Virus record (IMG/VR): IMGVR_UViG_3300020045_002218
Coordinates: 43,579 to 107,578 of that record
DNA from: a virus
Strand: one strand, 5' to 3'
DNA: 64,000 nt
Position numbers and translations under genes: made by a program. Each line of letters starts with the position of its first letter. Within the stretch, counting starts at the first letter, position 1. Positions 28,071-39,500 of this stretch are shown one piece after another. A model generated the notes under the pieces. It was not told where the DNA came from. It did no database searches and worked only from the letters and a program-made list of their open reading frames with translations.

Positions 28071-29489
28071 ATGACGCAAGTTTATGGTAACGGAACAAAC
28101 TCCTCTATTGGAGAACAACTTGTCACAGAACATTATGCAGAAGCACTTGTTCTAAAAGAGGTAGCTAAAAAAGAAGTATTTGGTAAATTAGCAAATACAT
28201 TTAGAATGCCTAAAAATAAAGGTAAAACTATTGAGTTTTACCATTATATGCCTTTGTTAAGTGACATTAATATTAACGATCAAGGTATTGATGCAAATGG
28301 TTTAACTACCAGTTTTGAATCTACTATTGAGATTAAAGATCCTGCATTGAAAAATGTAGGTAATGAATGGGTATCTTATTGGGCAGTAGGTAATCATGCT
28401 TCAGTAGATGCTACAGCTATTGTCAATGCAAAAGCTAAAGCAGTAGATATTTTTAAACGCTTAGGTGTATTTAATACTGACTATGCTACTACTAAAGCGG
28501 CATTACTAGCATTAACACCTCCTTGGGTTATTACAGAGAATGCTTCTGTTAATGGTTCAGGTAATCTTTATGGTAGTTCTAAAGATCCTACATATATTAC
28601 CTCTAAAATGCCTGTATTGGGTGAATTAGGTGGGTATGTAAATAGAGTTGGGTCTAAACGTATTAAACTTACAGGTACATTTGCTAAATATGGTTTTTAT
28701 ACTCAGTGGAGTGAAGAATCAGAGTTGTTTGATACGGATGCTCAGTTAGCTGTACATCGTAGACGTGAAGTAATGTATGCTGCAAATGAGATTCAAGAAG
28801 ATTTATTACAAATTGACTTGTTGAACTCTGCTGGTGTAGTTATCTATGGTGGTAGTGCAACATCTAAAGCTACTATTACAGGTGAAGTTGGTTCAGTATC
28901 TACATTAACTTATGATGATTTTGTTAAGTTAGATATTCAATTAGATATTAATAGATGTCCTCGTAATACTACTGTTGTTACTGGTAGTAAAATGACTGAT
29001 ACTAAAACTATTAACTCAGCTAGATTTATGTATGTAGCTCCTCAAGTAGTTTCTCAATTGACGAAGATGGTAGATAATTTTGGTTTACCTGCATTGACTG
29101 AGTATCGTCATTATGCAGATAGAGTTACTGAAGTAGGTGATGAGTTAGGTAGTATCAGAGGTTTCAGAATCATTGTACATCAAGAAATGATGGTATTTGA
29201 GGGTGCAGGTGCAACTGTATCTAATAATGCTGGTTATATGCAAACTGGTGGTAAATATGATGTATATCCTCTGTTAGTAGTTGGAGATGAATCATTTACT
29301 ACTATTGGTTTCAAAACTGGTGGTAAAGGTAGTAAAGTTGAGATTCATACATTTGAACCTAAATCACAAGTAAGTTTTGCTAATGATCCTTATGGCTCAT
29401 CTGGTTTCACTAGCCTCCAGTGGTATTATGGTTTTTGCTGTTTCAAACCAGAACGGATAGCGATGCTTTTGACAGTGGCAGAGTATTGA
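28071..29489 (+). CDS. Major capsid protein (N4 gp56 family)
   Basis: MPKNKGKTI, NDQGIDA.G, GNLYGSSKD, GGYVNRVG, DLLQIDLLN, DPYG..GF.S.QWYYG. Confidence 0.96.
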   Translation: MTQVYGNGTNSSIGEQLVTEHYAEALVLKEVAKKEVFGKLANTFRMPKNKGKTIEFYHYMPLLSDININDQGIDANGLTTSFESTIEIKDPALKNVGNEWVSYWAVGNHASVDATAIVNAKAKAVDIFKRLGVFNTDYATTKAALLALTPPWVITENASVNGSGNLYGSSKDPTYITSKMPVLGELGGYVNRVGSKRIKLTGTFAKYGFYTQWSEESELFDTDAQLAVHRRREVMYAANEIQEDLLQIDLLNSAGVVIYGGSATSKATITGEVGSVSTLTYDDFVKLDIQLDINRCPRNTTVVTGSKMTDTKTINSARFMYVAPQVVSQLTKMVDNFGLPALTEYRHYADRVTEVGDELGSIRGFRIIVHQEMMVFEGAGATVSNNAGYMQTGGKYDVYPLLVVGDESFTTIGFKTGGKGSKVEIHTFEPKSQVSFANDPYGSSGFTSLQWYYGFCCFKPERIAMLLTVAEY

Positions 29490-29578
29490 TCAGTAAGGAA
29501 TTGTAAATCTATTTAGGGTTTACTCTTACAAAGATAATATGGTACTATACCCTTTTCTAAACAACTAGGTATAGTATC

Positions 29579-30196
29579 ATGTTTCTAATCCAAAAATTAC
29601 CATCAAAAGAAGTAACCAGTAAAACTGGTATTGTTAAAATGAGATCACAAGGACTGTTCAAATGTCCTGTATGTAAGAAAGAAGTTATCAAAGATATTGA
29701 TAATGGAAGAAAGATAGAAACATGTAGTAAACAATGTAGAATATACCCAGATCTTAAACATGGAATGTGTGGTACTCCACTTCATAATATATGGAGAAGT
29801 ATGAAAGGTAGATGTGACAGTAACTCTGTAAACTCTATTAATTATAAATACTATGCTGGTAAAGGGATTACATACCAAGAATCTTGGAAAGAATTTAATA
29901 ATTTTTTAGTTGATATGGGAGGTTCTTATAAACCAGGATTATCAATTGATAGAATAGATCCAAAAGGTAACTACACAAAAGAGAACTGCCAATGGATTAC
30001 ATTAGAAGAGAATTTGCGAAAAGATCAGATTAGACCTATATATAAATACACTAAAGAAGGTGCTTATGTATGTTCTTATGAATCAGTAGCAGAAGCAGTA
30101 TTAGCAGGTGAAGCTCCATTTAGTTCTAGTCTCTCAAGAGTAGCAAGAGGGGAAAGAACTCATTATAAGGGTTACGTCTGGAAATACGAAGAGTAA
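29579..30196 (+). CDS. Free-standing HNH endonuclease with N-terminal Zn finger and C-terminal NUMOD1-like domain
   Basis: CPVC...CSKQC, HGM..T..H.IW.SMK.RC, SIDRID..GNY.KENCQW, YES..EA...GY.WKY. Confidence 0.88.
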   Translation: MFLIQKLPSKEVTSKTGIVKMRSQGLFKCPVCKKEVIKDIDNGRKIETCSKQCRIYPDLKHGMCGTPLHNIWRSMKGRCDSNSVNSINYKYYAGKGITYQESWKEFNNFLVDMGGSYKPGLSIDRIDPKGNYTKENCQWITLEENLRKDQIRPIYKYTKEGAYVCSYESVAEAVLAGEAPFSSSLSRVARGERTHYKGYVWKYEE

Positions 30197-30331
30197 TACA
30201 AAGTATAGACTCAACAGAGAAAGTGCCTAGAATCGAAGATTTGATGCCTCTCTGTTAATGTTTATAGATAGTCAGGATATTCGTATCCATTGCCGTAGGA
30301 ATGACCTACATAATTTAAAGAGAATTAAACC

Positions 30332-30892
30332 ATGACAGAAATAGAACAAGAAGAGCTTACCCTATTAAAAGAGAGAGCTAATTTAATGGGTATTCAGTAT
30401 CATCCTAGTATTGGGTTAGGTACTTTAAGGGACAAAGTAAAAGCTGCATTAGATTTAGATGCTTCATCTAAACCACAAGATACAACATCAGTTGATATGT
30501 CTGAGTTTGTAGAAACACTAGGACAAAAGAAAGCAAGACTTAAGAAGGAAGCAGAGAAATTAGTTAGAATTAGAATCTCTTGTATGAATCCTTCTAAAGC
30601 AGAAATTCCAGGTGAAGTTGTTTGTGTAGGTAACAAGTTCATAGGACAAATTACTCAATATGTACCCTTTAACAATGAACCAATTCATGTAAGAAAAATT
30701 ATTTTAGATAGATTACAAGAAAGAACATATACACATCATTACACAGCACAAGGTAAATCTGGTAAAGATGAAAGTAAAAACAAACAAGTAAGAGAATTTA
30801 ATATTGAAATTCTTTCTTTCTTAACAGAAGAAGAAATTAAAGATTTAGCTCATCAACAAGCTATTACAGATAGATTGAAAGACGGAGATTAA
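30332..30892 (+). CDS. N4 gp55-like protein
   Basis: LKERA.LMGI.YHP.IG, KLVR.RI.CMNP.K...GE. Confidence 0.85.
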   Translation: MTEIEQEELTLLKERANLMGIQYHPSIGLGTLRDKVKAALDLDASSKPQDTTSVDMSEFVETLGQKKARLKKEAEKLVRIRISCMNPSKAEIPGEVVCVGNKFIGQITQYVPFNNEPIHVRKIILDRLQERTYTHHYTAQGKSGKDESKNKQVREFNIEILSFLTEEEIKDLAHQQAITDRLKDGD

Positions 30893-30893
30893 A

Positions 30894-31934
30894 ATGACTA
30901 TTTTAGCAGCAGAAGTAACTGCTTTATTTGATCCATTAATGGCTTCTATTAAAGAGAAGCTTGATGTACTTGCAACTGAAAATCATTTAAAAGGAGTTGC
31001 GTATGATACTGTGTATTCAGAAGCTCTTTCTAATGCTTTACAACAAGTAGTTCAGTTAATTATTGGTACAGATCAAAGAGCATTAACTGCTGCTAAAGTT
31101 CTTACAGAGAATCAAACCAAGTTAAATCTTATTGCAGAGCATGACGGTATTGTAGCTAGTACAGCTAAGACAGATGCTGAAAGAATTAAAGTTGAGGCAG
31201 AAACATTACTTGTACCTAAACAAGGAGCATTATTAGATCAAGAACTACTTAATGCAGTTGCTGAAAAAGCAAGTATTCAAGCTAAAACAGCTACTTTAGT
31301 TGCTGAGTTAGAAAATATACCTAAACAAGGGAGATTAATAGAATCTCAAATTATTGGTTCAGGATACGAAAATCAATTAAAGCATCAACAAGGCTTAAAT
31401 TTAGCTGCTGAAGCTATCTTAATACCTAAACAAGGAAATCTATTAGATCAACAAGTTTTACAGAGTAAAGGTGAAGTATCCTTAATTCCTAAGAAATCTC
31501 AATTAATGGATGCACAAATAGTAGAATTACTTAATAGAGGACAAAATTTAGCTCTTGAAGCAATTAAATTAGGATATGAAGGGGATAATTTAAAATTGCA
31601 AGGGGATAATTTAAAGATACAAGGAGATATAGCTACACAAGAACTTGCCCTTAAAAAATTAGAAGAGCAAAATATTGGTGCAGAACGTAAACAAATTCTT
31701 ACAAATGCAGAAGTAAATAGAGCTAATGCTAAGAGAATAACAATGGAAACAAATCAAAGGAAACAAGAAAGTGCAGTAAAAGCGTTCGACATAGTATCAC
31801 AAAGTCATAACGTTTTCTTAGCACATACACCAGGAGCTATTTCAGGATTTACAGATCAAACATTAACTATGTATGCTAATAAGGCTTTTGAGTTAATAGA
31901 TGAAGATAGTATAAAACTACAATTATTTACATAA
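30894..31934 (+). CDS. N4 gp54-like tail/structural protein
   Basis: FD.LM, I/LKG..Y..VY, repeated IPKQG.L helical units; N4 synteny. Confidence 0.75.
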   Translation: MTILAAEVTALFDPLMASIKEKLDVLATENHLKGVAYDTVYSEALSNALQQVVQLIIGTDQRALTAAKVLTENQTKLNLIAEHDGIVASTAKTDAERIKVEAETLLVPKQGALLDQELLNAVAEKASIQAKTATLVAELENIPKQGRLIESQIIGSGYENQLKHQQGLNLAAEAILIPKQGNLLDQQVLQSKGEVSLIPKKSQLMDAQIVELLNRGQNLALEAIKLGYEGDNLKLQGDNLKIQGDIATQELALKKLEEQNIGAERKQILTNAEVNRANAKRITMETNQRKQESAVKAFDIVSQSHNVFLAHTPGAISGFTDQTLTMYANKAFELIDEDSIKLQLFT

Positions 31935-31935
31935 T

Positions 31936-34900
31936 ATGTCATCCTTAGCTGTAGCAATAAATTTAATAAATAATCCAAGAGATTTCTTTAAAGATGCTAT
32001 TTTAAGAGGTCAATCTGGTTATGGAATAAATAATGCACTATTATTTTCTACCGTAACCAGATTTACTAATAAATTAAATAAAGTATATTCATTAATTAAA
32101 AATAAAAATAATGAAACAGTAAATCAATTTCCTTATGGTATGTGTAATGCTTATATTTCTGATTCTTATATTGATTTTGCTGAATTAGAGAAAGATTGTC
32201 GTAAATTTATTAAAGATCAAAAGATAGAAGTATTAGATTACCTTAAACAATTAGATAAGTTTTTATCTAAAGCTTATGCTGATAGAAATGGTGAAGCATT
32301 ACAAACTGAATTAAATAATATTAATGCTATGCCTGATGATCCTGAACCAAGTGAAGGTAATCCTAATCCTTCACATCCTAAAGCTGATGCTTTAAAAGTG
32401 TTCTATGATAAATTAGAGAATGAAGATAATTCTTATATGATTAAAGAATTAGAATCTTTAGAAGATGCTTATTTTTTAGAATTAGAAATAGCTAAACTAC
32501 AAGTTGATTTGGAAATATTATCTGATCCTAAAAATCAAAAAGAATTACAAAATAAACAAAAAAAGTATGACAAAATTAAAGATGATAATCCAGATAATAG
32601 TATACTTAAAACTTTATATTTAGATCAATTAAAATTAATTACTGAAAACGAAAAAAAATATTCAGATACAATTTATAAATTATCTAGTATAGATGAACAA
32701 AAATTTACTATAGTTAAAGATGCAGAATATCTATCTGAACAAGATTATCAAAAAAAAATAAATGCTATAAATCAACAAAAAATAATACATGAATCATTTA
32801 TATTAGAAAATAAAAAAGAATATAAAAAATTATATGATTTACTTATGATTTATCGTGTAGCTAATACTGGCATTTTATCATTAAAAATGTTTGATACTGA
32901 AGGACATCCAATAATATTAGAAGGAATAGAACAAGGAATAATTTCTAAAAATAAAGAAGATATTAAAAAACAAGAAGAATTTATTAATGAACCTTATCTT
33001 GAAATATCGTATGTATCTCTTAATACACATACTGAAAACATTATCCATAATATAAAACAAAGAAAATATGGTAATTCTATGTTTTGGGCTATTCGTATGC
33101 ACAAAATATTTGCTAATAAAGATTGCTTATATGCAGGTTTTAGTAGAAATATAAAGAATATTAATATATCTAAAGTGTTTTTAGCTAAACATAGGGATAT
33201 ATATGAAATAGATCCTAATGTATTTTTTGAAGAAGTATATGTTTCAGATGATCCTAAAATATCAGTCTTATGTCATATAAAAAAAAATACTAATCCAACT
33301 CAATATGGCATATTTATGCTAACAAAAGATGATAGTCCATATTTAAAAATCCTATCAGAAAAAAAAGAAAAAATACTAAAAGATAAAAATACAAATAAAC
33401 CTTTAGAATTTTATCCAATGATTCCTATTAGAGAATTAAATAAAAATTTAATTGAAAAAGAATCTAAACTCAAAAATTCTTGTGAAGAATTATTAAGAAA
33501 TTTATATATAAATATTAATGCTATATCATCTGCAATAGATAAAATAGGAAAACAAAAAATATCTATAATTTGTCATGGAACATTTATAATGAATTACCTT
33601 AAAGAAAGATACAAGGTATATAGTAATATGCTCCTAAGATCTTATTTTAGTAAAAATGATTCAACACAAATTTTCTTAGATTACTTTGAAAATCTTCCAG
33701 ATAAAAATAATAGAATCAATACAAAAAATACAGATGTAGATTCTATTTTAAAGGATATTTATTTAGCTTTTGGAATATCTATAGATAATTTTGATTTAGC
33801 CAGTACAAAATATCTTTACACTTTTTTTGAAACAGTAGCATTGCAATGTAACATAGATAAAGAAAAATTTTTAAAATATGTAGATGATCAAGAAAAAAAT
33901 AACATACATAAAAATGCAAATTGTTATTTTTTACAAAATTTCTTATCAATTAGAAATACACATTTTAAAACTGATCTATGTTTTAATTATATTGAAAAAG
34001 AGACATTTTCTGGTGTATTAGATAAATTTAATACGACATATATAATAATGAATCCGCCTGCTAATACATATAACAAGTTTTATGATATTTGGGATACTGC
34101 ATCACAAGAATTTCATGGTAAAAATTCAGATCATTTTACTGCACATTTTAAGATAGATTATTCTAATAATATACTAAAAATTTATCTTCAAATAGATTCA
34201 CAAACATATTCAGTAATATCTGTTCACGGGTTATACATAGTATATAGTAGAAGATATACTAAACCTTTAGAATATATAAAAGAAACTGATAGAGCTACAG
34301 GATATTATTCTAAAGATATAAAAAATAGATCATATAGAGCTAAAAGTGATAGAATATTTTATCATTTAGGGTACTATTCTTTTAAAAAAGATACACAAAT
34401 AGCTCAAGTAAATGGTATTGTACCTAAAGAAAATAAAGATTTGAGTAATTTTATTATTCCTTTATGGCATCATGATATTACTGAACCTAGTTATGTACAA
34501 AAAGATACTTTATATTCTGTTAATGATGTAAACAATACACTTCAAAAATCTATAAATTTACTTATATTTGGTGATTTACAACCAAATCAAATAGCAAATG
34601 TACCTGAAAAAACAGATTACTTTGTTCCAGAAGAGCATCAAGTCGAAGTTATTCAATCTTGTTTAGATTCATTTGTAAGTAAATTTAATAAATTTGAAAC
34701 ATATAATAACTTTATGTCAAACTCTTCAAATATAGATAAACAAAGTTATAATGATCTATTTTTTAATATAGGAATTAATCCTAATGTATCAGCGTATTGT
34801 AATGTACCTCCTACAGCAAATAATGCAACATATATGGTAGGTCAAAGTAAAGTATCTTTTAATATATCATCACAATTAATGAATAATAAATATACCTTTT

Positions 34901-34971
34901 ATTTTGAAACTCTAAGCCAAGAGAATAGAATATTTGGAAATATAAAAAACAATAAATTTAATTTTAATTAA
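31936..34971 (+). CDS. Large virion protein at the N4 gp53 position
   Basis: 1011 aa, FYPMIPIR and IYLAFGI motifs, between gp54-like and ejection genes; very AT-rich. Confidence 0.6.
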   Translation: MSSLAVAINLINNPRDFFKDAILRGQSGYGINNALLFSTVTRFTNKLNKVYSLIKNKNNETVNQFPYGMCNAYISDSYIDFAELEKDCRKFIKDQKIEVLDYLKQLDKFLSKAYADRNGEALQTELNNINAMPDDPEPSEGNPNPSHPKADALKVFYDKLENEDNSYMIKELESLEDAYFLELEIAKLQVDLEILSDPKNQKELQNKQKKYDKIKDDNPDNSILKTLYLDQLKLITENEKKYSDTIYKLSSIDEQKFTIVKDAEYLSEQDYQKKINAINQQKIIHESFILENKKEYKKLYDLLMIYRVANTGILSLKMFDTEGHPIILEGIEQGIISKNKEDIKKQEEFINEPYLEISYVSLNTHTENIIHNIKQRKYGNSMFWAIRMHKIFANKDCLYAGFSRNIKNINISKVFLAKHRDIYEIDPNVFFEEVYVSDDPKISVLCHIKKNTNPTQYGIFMLTKDDSPYLKILSEKKEKILKDKNTNKPLEFYPMIPIRELNKNLIEKESKLKNSCEELLRNLYININAISSAIDKIGKQKISIICHGTFIMNYLKERYKVYSNMLLRSYFSKNDSTQIFLDYFENLPDKNNRINTKNTDVDSILKDIYLAFGISIDNFDLASTKYLYTFFETVALQCNIDKEKFLKYVDDQEKNNIHKNANCYFLQNFLSIRNTHFKTDLCFNYIEKETFSGVLDKFNTTYIIMNPPANTYNKFYDIWDTASQEFHGKNSDHFTAHFKIDYSNNILKIYLQIDSQTYSVISVHGLYIVYSRRYTKPLEYIKETDRATGYYSKDIKNRSYRAKSDRIFYHLGYYSFKKDTQIAQVNGIVPKENKDLSNFIIPLWHHDITEPSYVQKDTLYSVNDVNNTLQKSINLLIFGDLQPNQIANVPEKTDYFVPEEHQVEVIQSCLDSFVSKFNKFETYNNFMSNSSNIDKQSYNDLFFNIGINPNVSAYCNVPPTANNATYMVGQSKVSFNISSQLMNNKYTFYFETLSQENRIFGNIKNNKFNFN

Positions 34972-34980
34972 GGAAAAGAA

Positions 34981-35592
34981 ATGGATACTAATTACTCATG
35001 GTTTACACAGCCATCAACACGAAACAGAGGTTCTTCTAAACCTAATCCAGATGAAATATCTCTAATAGATTCTTTAAGTAGTTGGTTTCTAAATCCAGCA
35101 CAGAATAATAGAGGTATGTCTACACAAGAAGCTAATCAACAATATAATCCTCCATCAATTCAAAATGGTAAACTTGTAGCAGGAACTCCTATGGAAGGAT
35201 CTATTCCTCAATTACAACCTCAAATAGCTAATGCTTTTGATGGTGTAGCACAAATGAATTTAGATCATCAACAACTACAAAATACTAATGATCCTTTTTC
35301 TTCTCAAGCTTTAAAACAATTATCTCAACAAGAAATTACTCAAAGGTTATTTCCTAATTCACAAACACAACAACTTAAAACAAATATCTTAGGTGAACAA
35401 ATACCTATGAATCAATTACCTAAAGGTTCGGGTTATGTTAATGGTAAATTATTTGATTCTAACAAACAATCTCCTCAAGGAATGTTTACTGGATATAGTA
35501 AAGAAAGAGATGCTTCTTTAGATAGTTATGGTAAAGTAGATAAAAATTCTGATTTCTATAAAAGAAATAAAAAAGCTATGGAGAATCTGTAA
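34981..35592 (+). CDS. Putative ejection/internal virion protein
   Basis: Cys-free, Gln/Asn-rich, two genes upstream of vRNAP. Confidence 0.55.
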   Translation: MDTNYSWFTQPSTRNRGSSKPNPDEISLIDSLSSWFLNPAQNNRGMSTQEANQQYNPPSIQNGKLVAGTPMEGSIPQLQPQIANAFDGVAQMNLDHQQLQNTNDPFSSQALKQLSQQEITQRLFPNSQTQQLKTNILGEQIPMNQLPKGSGYVNGKLFDSNKQSPQGMFTGYSKERDASLDSYGKVDKNSDFYKRNKKAMENL

Positions 35593-36518
35593 TGAGAAGA
35601 AATAATGTAATTATGCAACCTTCAGCAATGCCTTTTACTACTCAACAACCTGAATATGTACAAGACTTAAGTCAAATATTTGCAGAACAAAATGCTAGAA
35701 ATCAACAAGCAAATGCTGTTAATAATAAAATAGATCAACAACAAAGAAGAGGTTCTGACTTAACTCAGTTAGATGAATTGATTGCTATTCAAGATAGGTA
35801 TAAAGCAAGAAAGAATGCTGAAATGCAAACACCTATGTATAAAGAAGATCAAGCTAAAGAATTAGCACAAGCTCTTCTAGGCACGAAACAGGTTGAGTCT
35901 ATGAGTTATGGTGGTAATCCCATTAAACAGTCTCCTGATGGAAAATATTGGCTTGAGAACGGACAGGAAGTAACTGACGTAGCAAACATTCAAACTAATA
36001 ATAAATATGATCCTATTACAGGATCATTAGAAGCTTTAAAATCTGGTAATCCTTTAGCTCTTCAAGCATTACAAGAACAAATGAAACCTAAAGCAGGTAT
36101 GGATTTAGCAGATAGAATGTTATTAGCACAACAACAAGCTAACTATAAAAAAGATATTGCGGATGCTAAACCAAAGAAAGATACTGATCTTAAGCCCAAA
36201 CAAATAGGGGATATGCTTACTAATCTTTTAGGTAAAAATCCTACAGATGAAGATAGAAGTATTTTAACTACACAACTCCAAAATGCAGATTCACCAGAAG
36301 CAAGAGATGCAATACTATCTGCTGCACAACAGTCAATAATAGAGCCATCATGGGGTAACAGTTTTAGAGGTGCATTAGCTGGAGCAGGTGTAGGTGGAGC
36401 AGCTACATTAGGAAATCCTTTAGGATTTTTAGGAGGAGGATTAATTGGAGCTACATTACCCTTAATGTCTAAAAGACACTTAAATCAAGATAAATTTACA
36501 CAAGCAATGAAGGAATAA
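35592..36518 (+). CDS. Putative ejection/internal virion protein (N4 gp51 position)
   Basis: Cys-free, Gln/Ala-rich, C-terminal glycine-zipper GALAGAGVGG...GGLIGA. Confidence 0.6.
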   Translation: MRRNNVIMQPSAMPFTTQQPEYVQDLSQIFAEQNARNQQANAVNNKIDQQQRRGSDLTQLDELIAIQDRYKARKNAEMQTPMYKEDQAKELAQALLGTKQVESMSYGGNPIKQSPDGKYWLENGQEVTDVANIQTNNKYDPITGSLEALKSGNPLALQALQEQMKPKAGMDLADRMLLAQQQANYKKDIADAKPKKDTDLKPKQIGDMLTNLLGKNPTDEDRSILTTQLQNADSPEARDAILSAAQQSIIEPSWGNSFRGALAGAGVGGAATLGNPLGFLGGGLIGATLPLMSKRHLNQDKFTQAMKE

Positions 36519-36519
36519 T

Positions 36520-39500
36520 ATGTCTTCTACATTTAGGGGTTCAACTTTTGATAGTTCTTCTTTTGATAACAATACTGACTTGGTACATCAAAAGAAAACA
36601 AGTCTATTAGATAAAGTATTTCAAAAGAGAACTGATTTAGGATTCAGTTCAGCTAATTTAAAGGATAGATCTGTAGAAGCATTGGATGCTGATACAGTTA
36701 GAATTAATCCTAGTGTAGCAGATAAAGCTTTTGATCCTATGGTTAAACCAGTAGATGTAAGACTTAAAAGTAATAACTTTGGTGAATCATTTAATGCTTT
36801 TGAGACTTCTCATGATAATGAAGATGATCCTGAAGTAGCTGCTAGATTACAAAAACAAAGAGATACTATTGATAATGAATGGACTCATGGTTGGTTTAAT
36901 CCAGCTACAAACCAAGATGTATATGATAGAGGTAATGCTAGTAAACAAGTATTAACAGATAAGCTTAAAACAGTCAATGAAGGTAAAACTGGATTAGACT
37001 TTGCTTTAGGTGAAAAAATTCAATTAGACAAATTTGGTAGACCATTAGGTGATATGAAATTCTCTAATGAGGATGTATCTGCTATTGATGCTATGAATAC
37101 TCCTGAGTTAAATGCTTCCTATAACACACCATATAACTTTGCTAAAGTAAACAAAGATGGTGGTGGATTAATAGATACAGCTAAAGACTTTGCAGGTACT
37201 CTTTTAACTAAAACACCTACCGTATTAGGTAACATAGCTGTTGGTACTCATGGTTTAGCTTCTGCAATGGTTAATGCACCTACACAGGCACTAGGAAATA
37301 TTGTAGGTGGTGATACTGGAGACAGCATTAAAAAGTTTGGTGATATAGCTAGTACCTATGAGTTACAAAATATTCTTCAAAATAGAACTCATTATGCTAA
37401 ACCTTTAGTAGATGCTTTACCTATATCGGATGAGGCAAAAGACACCTTAAACAATCTTAAATATGAACCAAATAGATTAGATGCTACTACTGATAAGCTA
37501 TATCAATCTGATGCTTTAGCTAAGTCAAGACAGGATTCTGAATACAGATCAAACCAAACACAAAGATTAAGGGATGAATTAGGGTATAAACCAAAAGGTG
37601 TATATGAGAGTGCTATGGCACTCTCTTCTGATGTAGTGGATTCATTACAGGCATTTGTAGAGAATCCTAGAGCAACACTTACACATGATTTACCTGCTAA
37701 CATAGCTCAATTAGCTGTACCTATTGGAGTTACAGGAAGAATTGTAGATAACATAGCTATGAAAATTGCATCTAAAACTTCTGGAGGAGTTGTTGATGGT
37801 GTAATTACCCAAGTAGGTAAAGATGCAGCAACTAAATATATTAGTTCTGCTCCTGTACAAAAACAGTTATTAGCTATAGGTGGTTTAACTGAAGGTACTC
37901 AAGCAGCATCTTCTATTGTAAATCAGGCAGAAGAAGCTAATGTATCTCCTAGTCAGTATTTAGCACCAGCTATTGTAGGAGGTGTTGTTACAGGTCTTAT
38001 TGGTACTGGTTCAAATAAATTACTTGGTGCTACAGCAGCAGATGCTCTAGTTGGTGTAAACAGAGTTAAAGGATCTGCATTTACTAAAGCTCTTAAAGCG
38101 TTTACATCAGAAGGGATAGTAGAAGAATTTCCACAATCGGTAAATGAACAGTTAGCTACAAATATTGCATTAGGAAAAGAAAATGTAATAGAAGGTGTAG
38201 GTCAAGCAGGTGGTTCAGGAGCTATTGTTGGTGGTCTATTAGGTGGAGGTATGCACACACCTATATTGTTACAGGATGTTCTACAAGCTCGAAAAACACC
38301 TTCAGTTGAACCAACATCCGTCTCAGAAGAGAAACCTTCTACAATCGAAGATTTGACACCTTCTAAGGTAGATATTAAAGCTTATGAAGATTCAGTTAAT
38401 AACATTACAGATGACAACAGACAAGAAGTTATAAACCAAGGTATTAAAGATTATCCTGTTGACGGTACTTTACCTGAAAAGATTCAAATGGCTGTAGCCA
38501 TTGGTAAAGCTAGAGATGGGTTTAATTCACCAGAGCATGATGCAATATATAGACAAATTAATGCAGAAATTCAATTACAGAATTTTGCTAAAGGAATGCC
38601 TAACTTCAATGATGTAATTTCTGATCCAAATACTTCAATTGAAGATATTCAAGATAATCTTATTACAGGTGCAGTAGATTCTACATCAGAGAATACTGGC
38701 TCATTATTTAATGATATTGGTAGAACTAAAGATGAGGATACATTAAATATTCTTAAAGATATTTCTATAGCTAAACAAAAAGAGTATGCTGAAAGTGATA
38801 CAGTAAATGATCCTTATGTATTAGTTACTACAGGTATTGAAACTAAAAACTTACCTAAAGAATCTTCTGAAGTATTCTCATCTATTACAAGGAATGAATA
38901 TACAGACTTAAATCAAGGATTAACTTTATTATCTAGTCATGTTAAATCAGCTACAACACCAGAACAAAAGAATACTGGTATATCAGCATTAACTAAAACT
39001 ATCTCTAAAGTATATTCAGATAAAGTAGATATTACTTCTGCTACAGAAAGATCAGTTAAACAAGCATTAAATACTATTAATGGTTTAGTTAATAACAAAG
39101 GTACTATTACTATTGAACCAAGTGATACATTAGAACAGATTCACAATAAGATATTACCTACATTTGGTTCAACTCCTATTAAAGGTAGTTCTAGTAATCC
39201 TAAAGCAAATGCTTTTATAAAAGCTACTAATAAAGTATTACAAGGCGCACAAACATTATCTAAATTCTTAACACAAAAATATGTAAATGATAAAACCACA
39301 GGTGAAGTACATCAAGAAATAATTGATGGTAAAGGTGAGAAATTAAGTGTACTAGACCATGCTACTATTATTTCTGGAAAGATTGCAGATACAAATTCTG
39401 ATGAAGAATCAGTAAATAGGGCATTTAATAGATTTACTAACTGGGTAGACTTTCATACACAAAAAGCAGAATTATCTACTGCACTAGGAGCTATTCCAGA

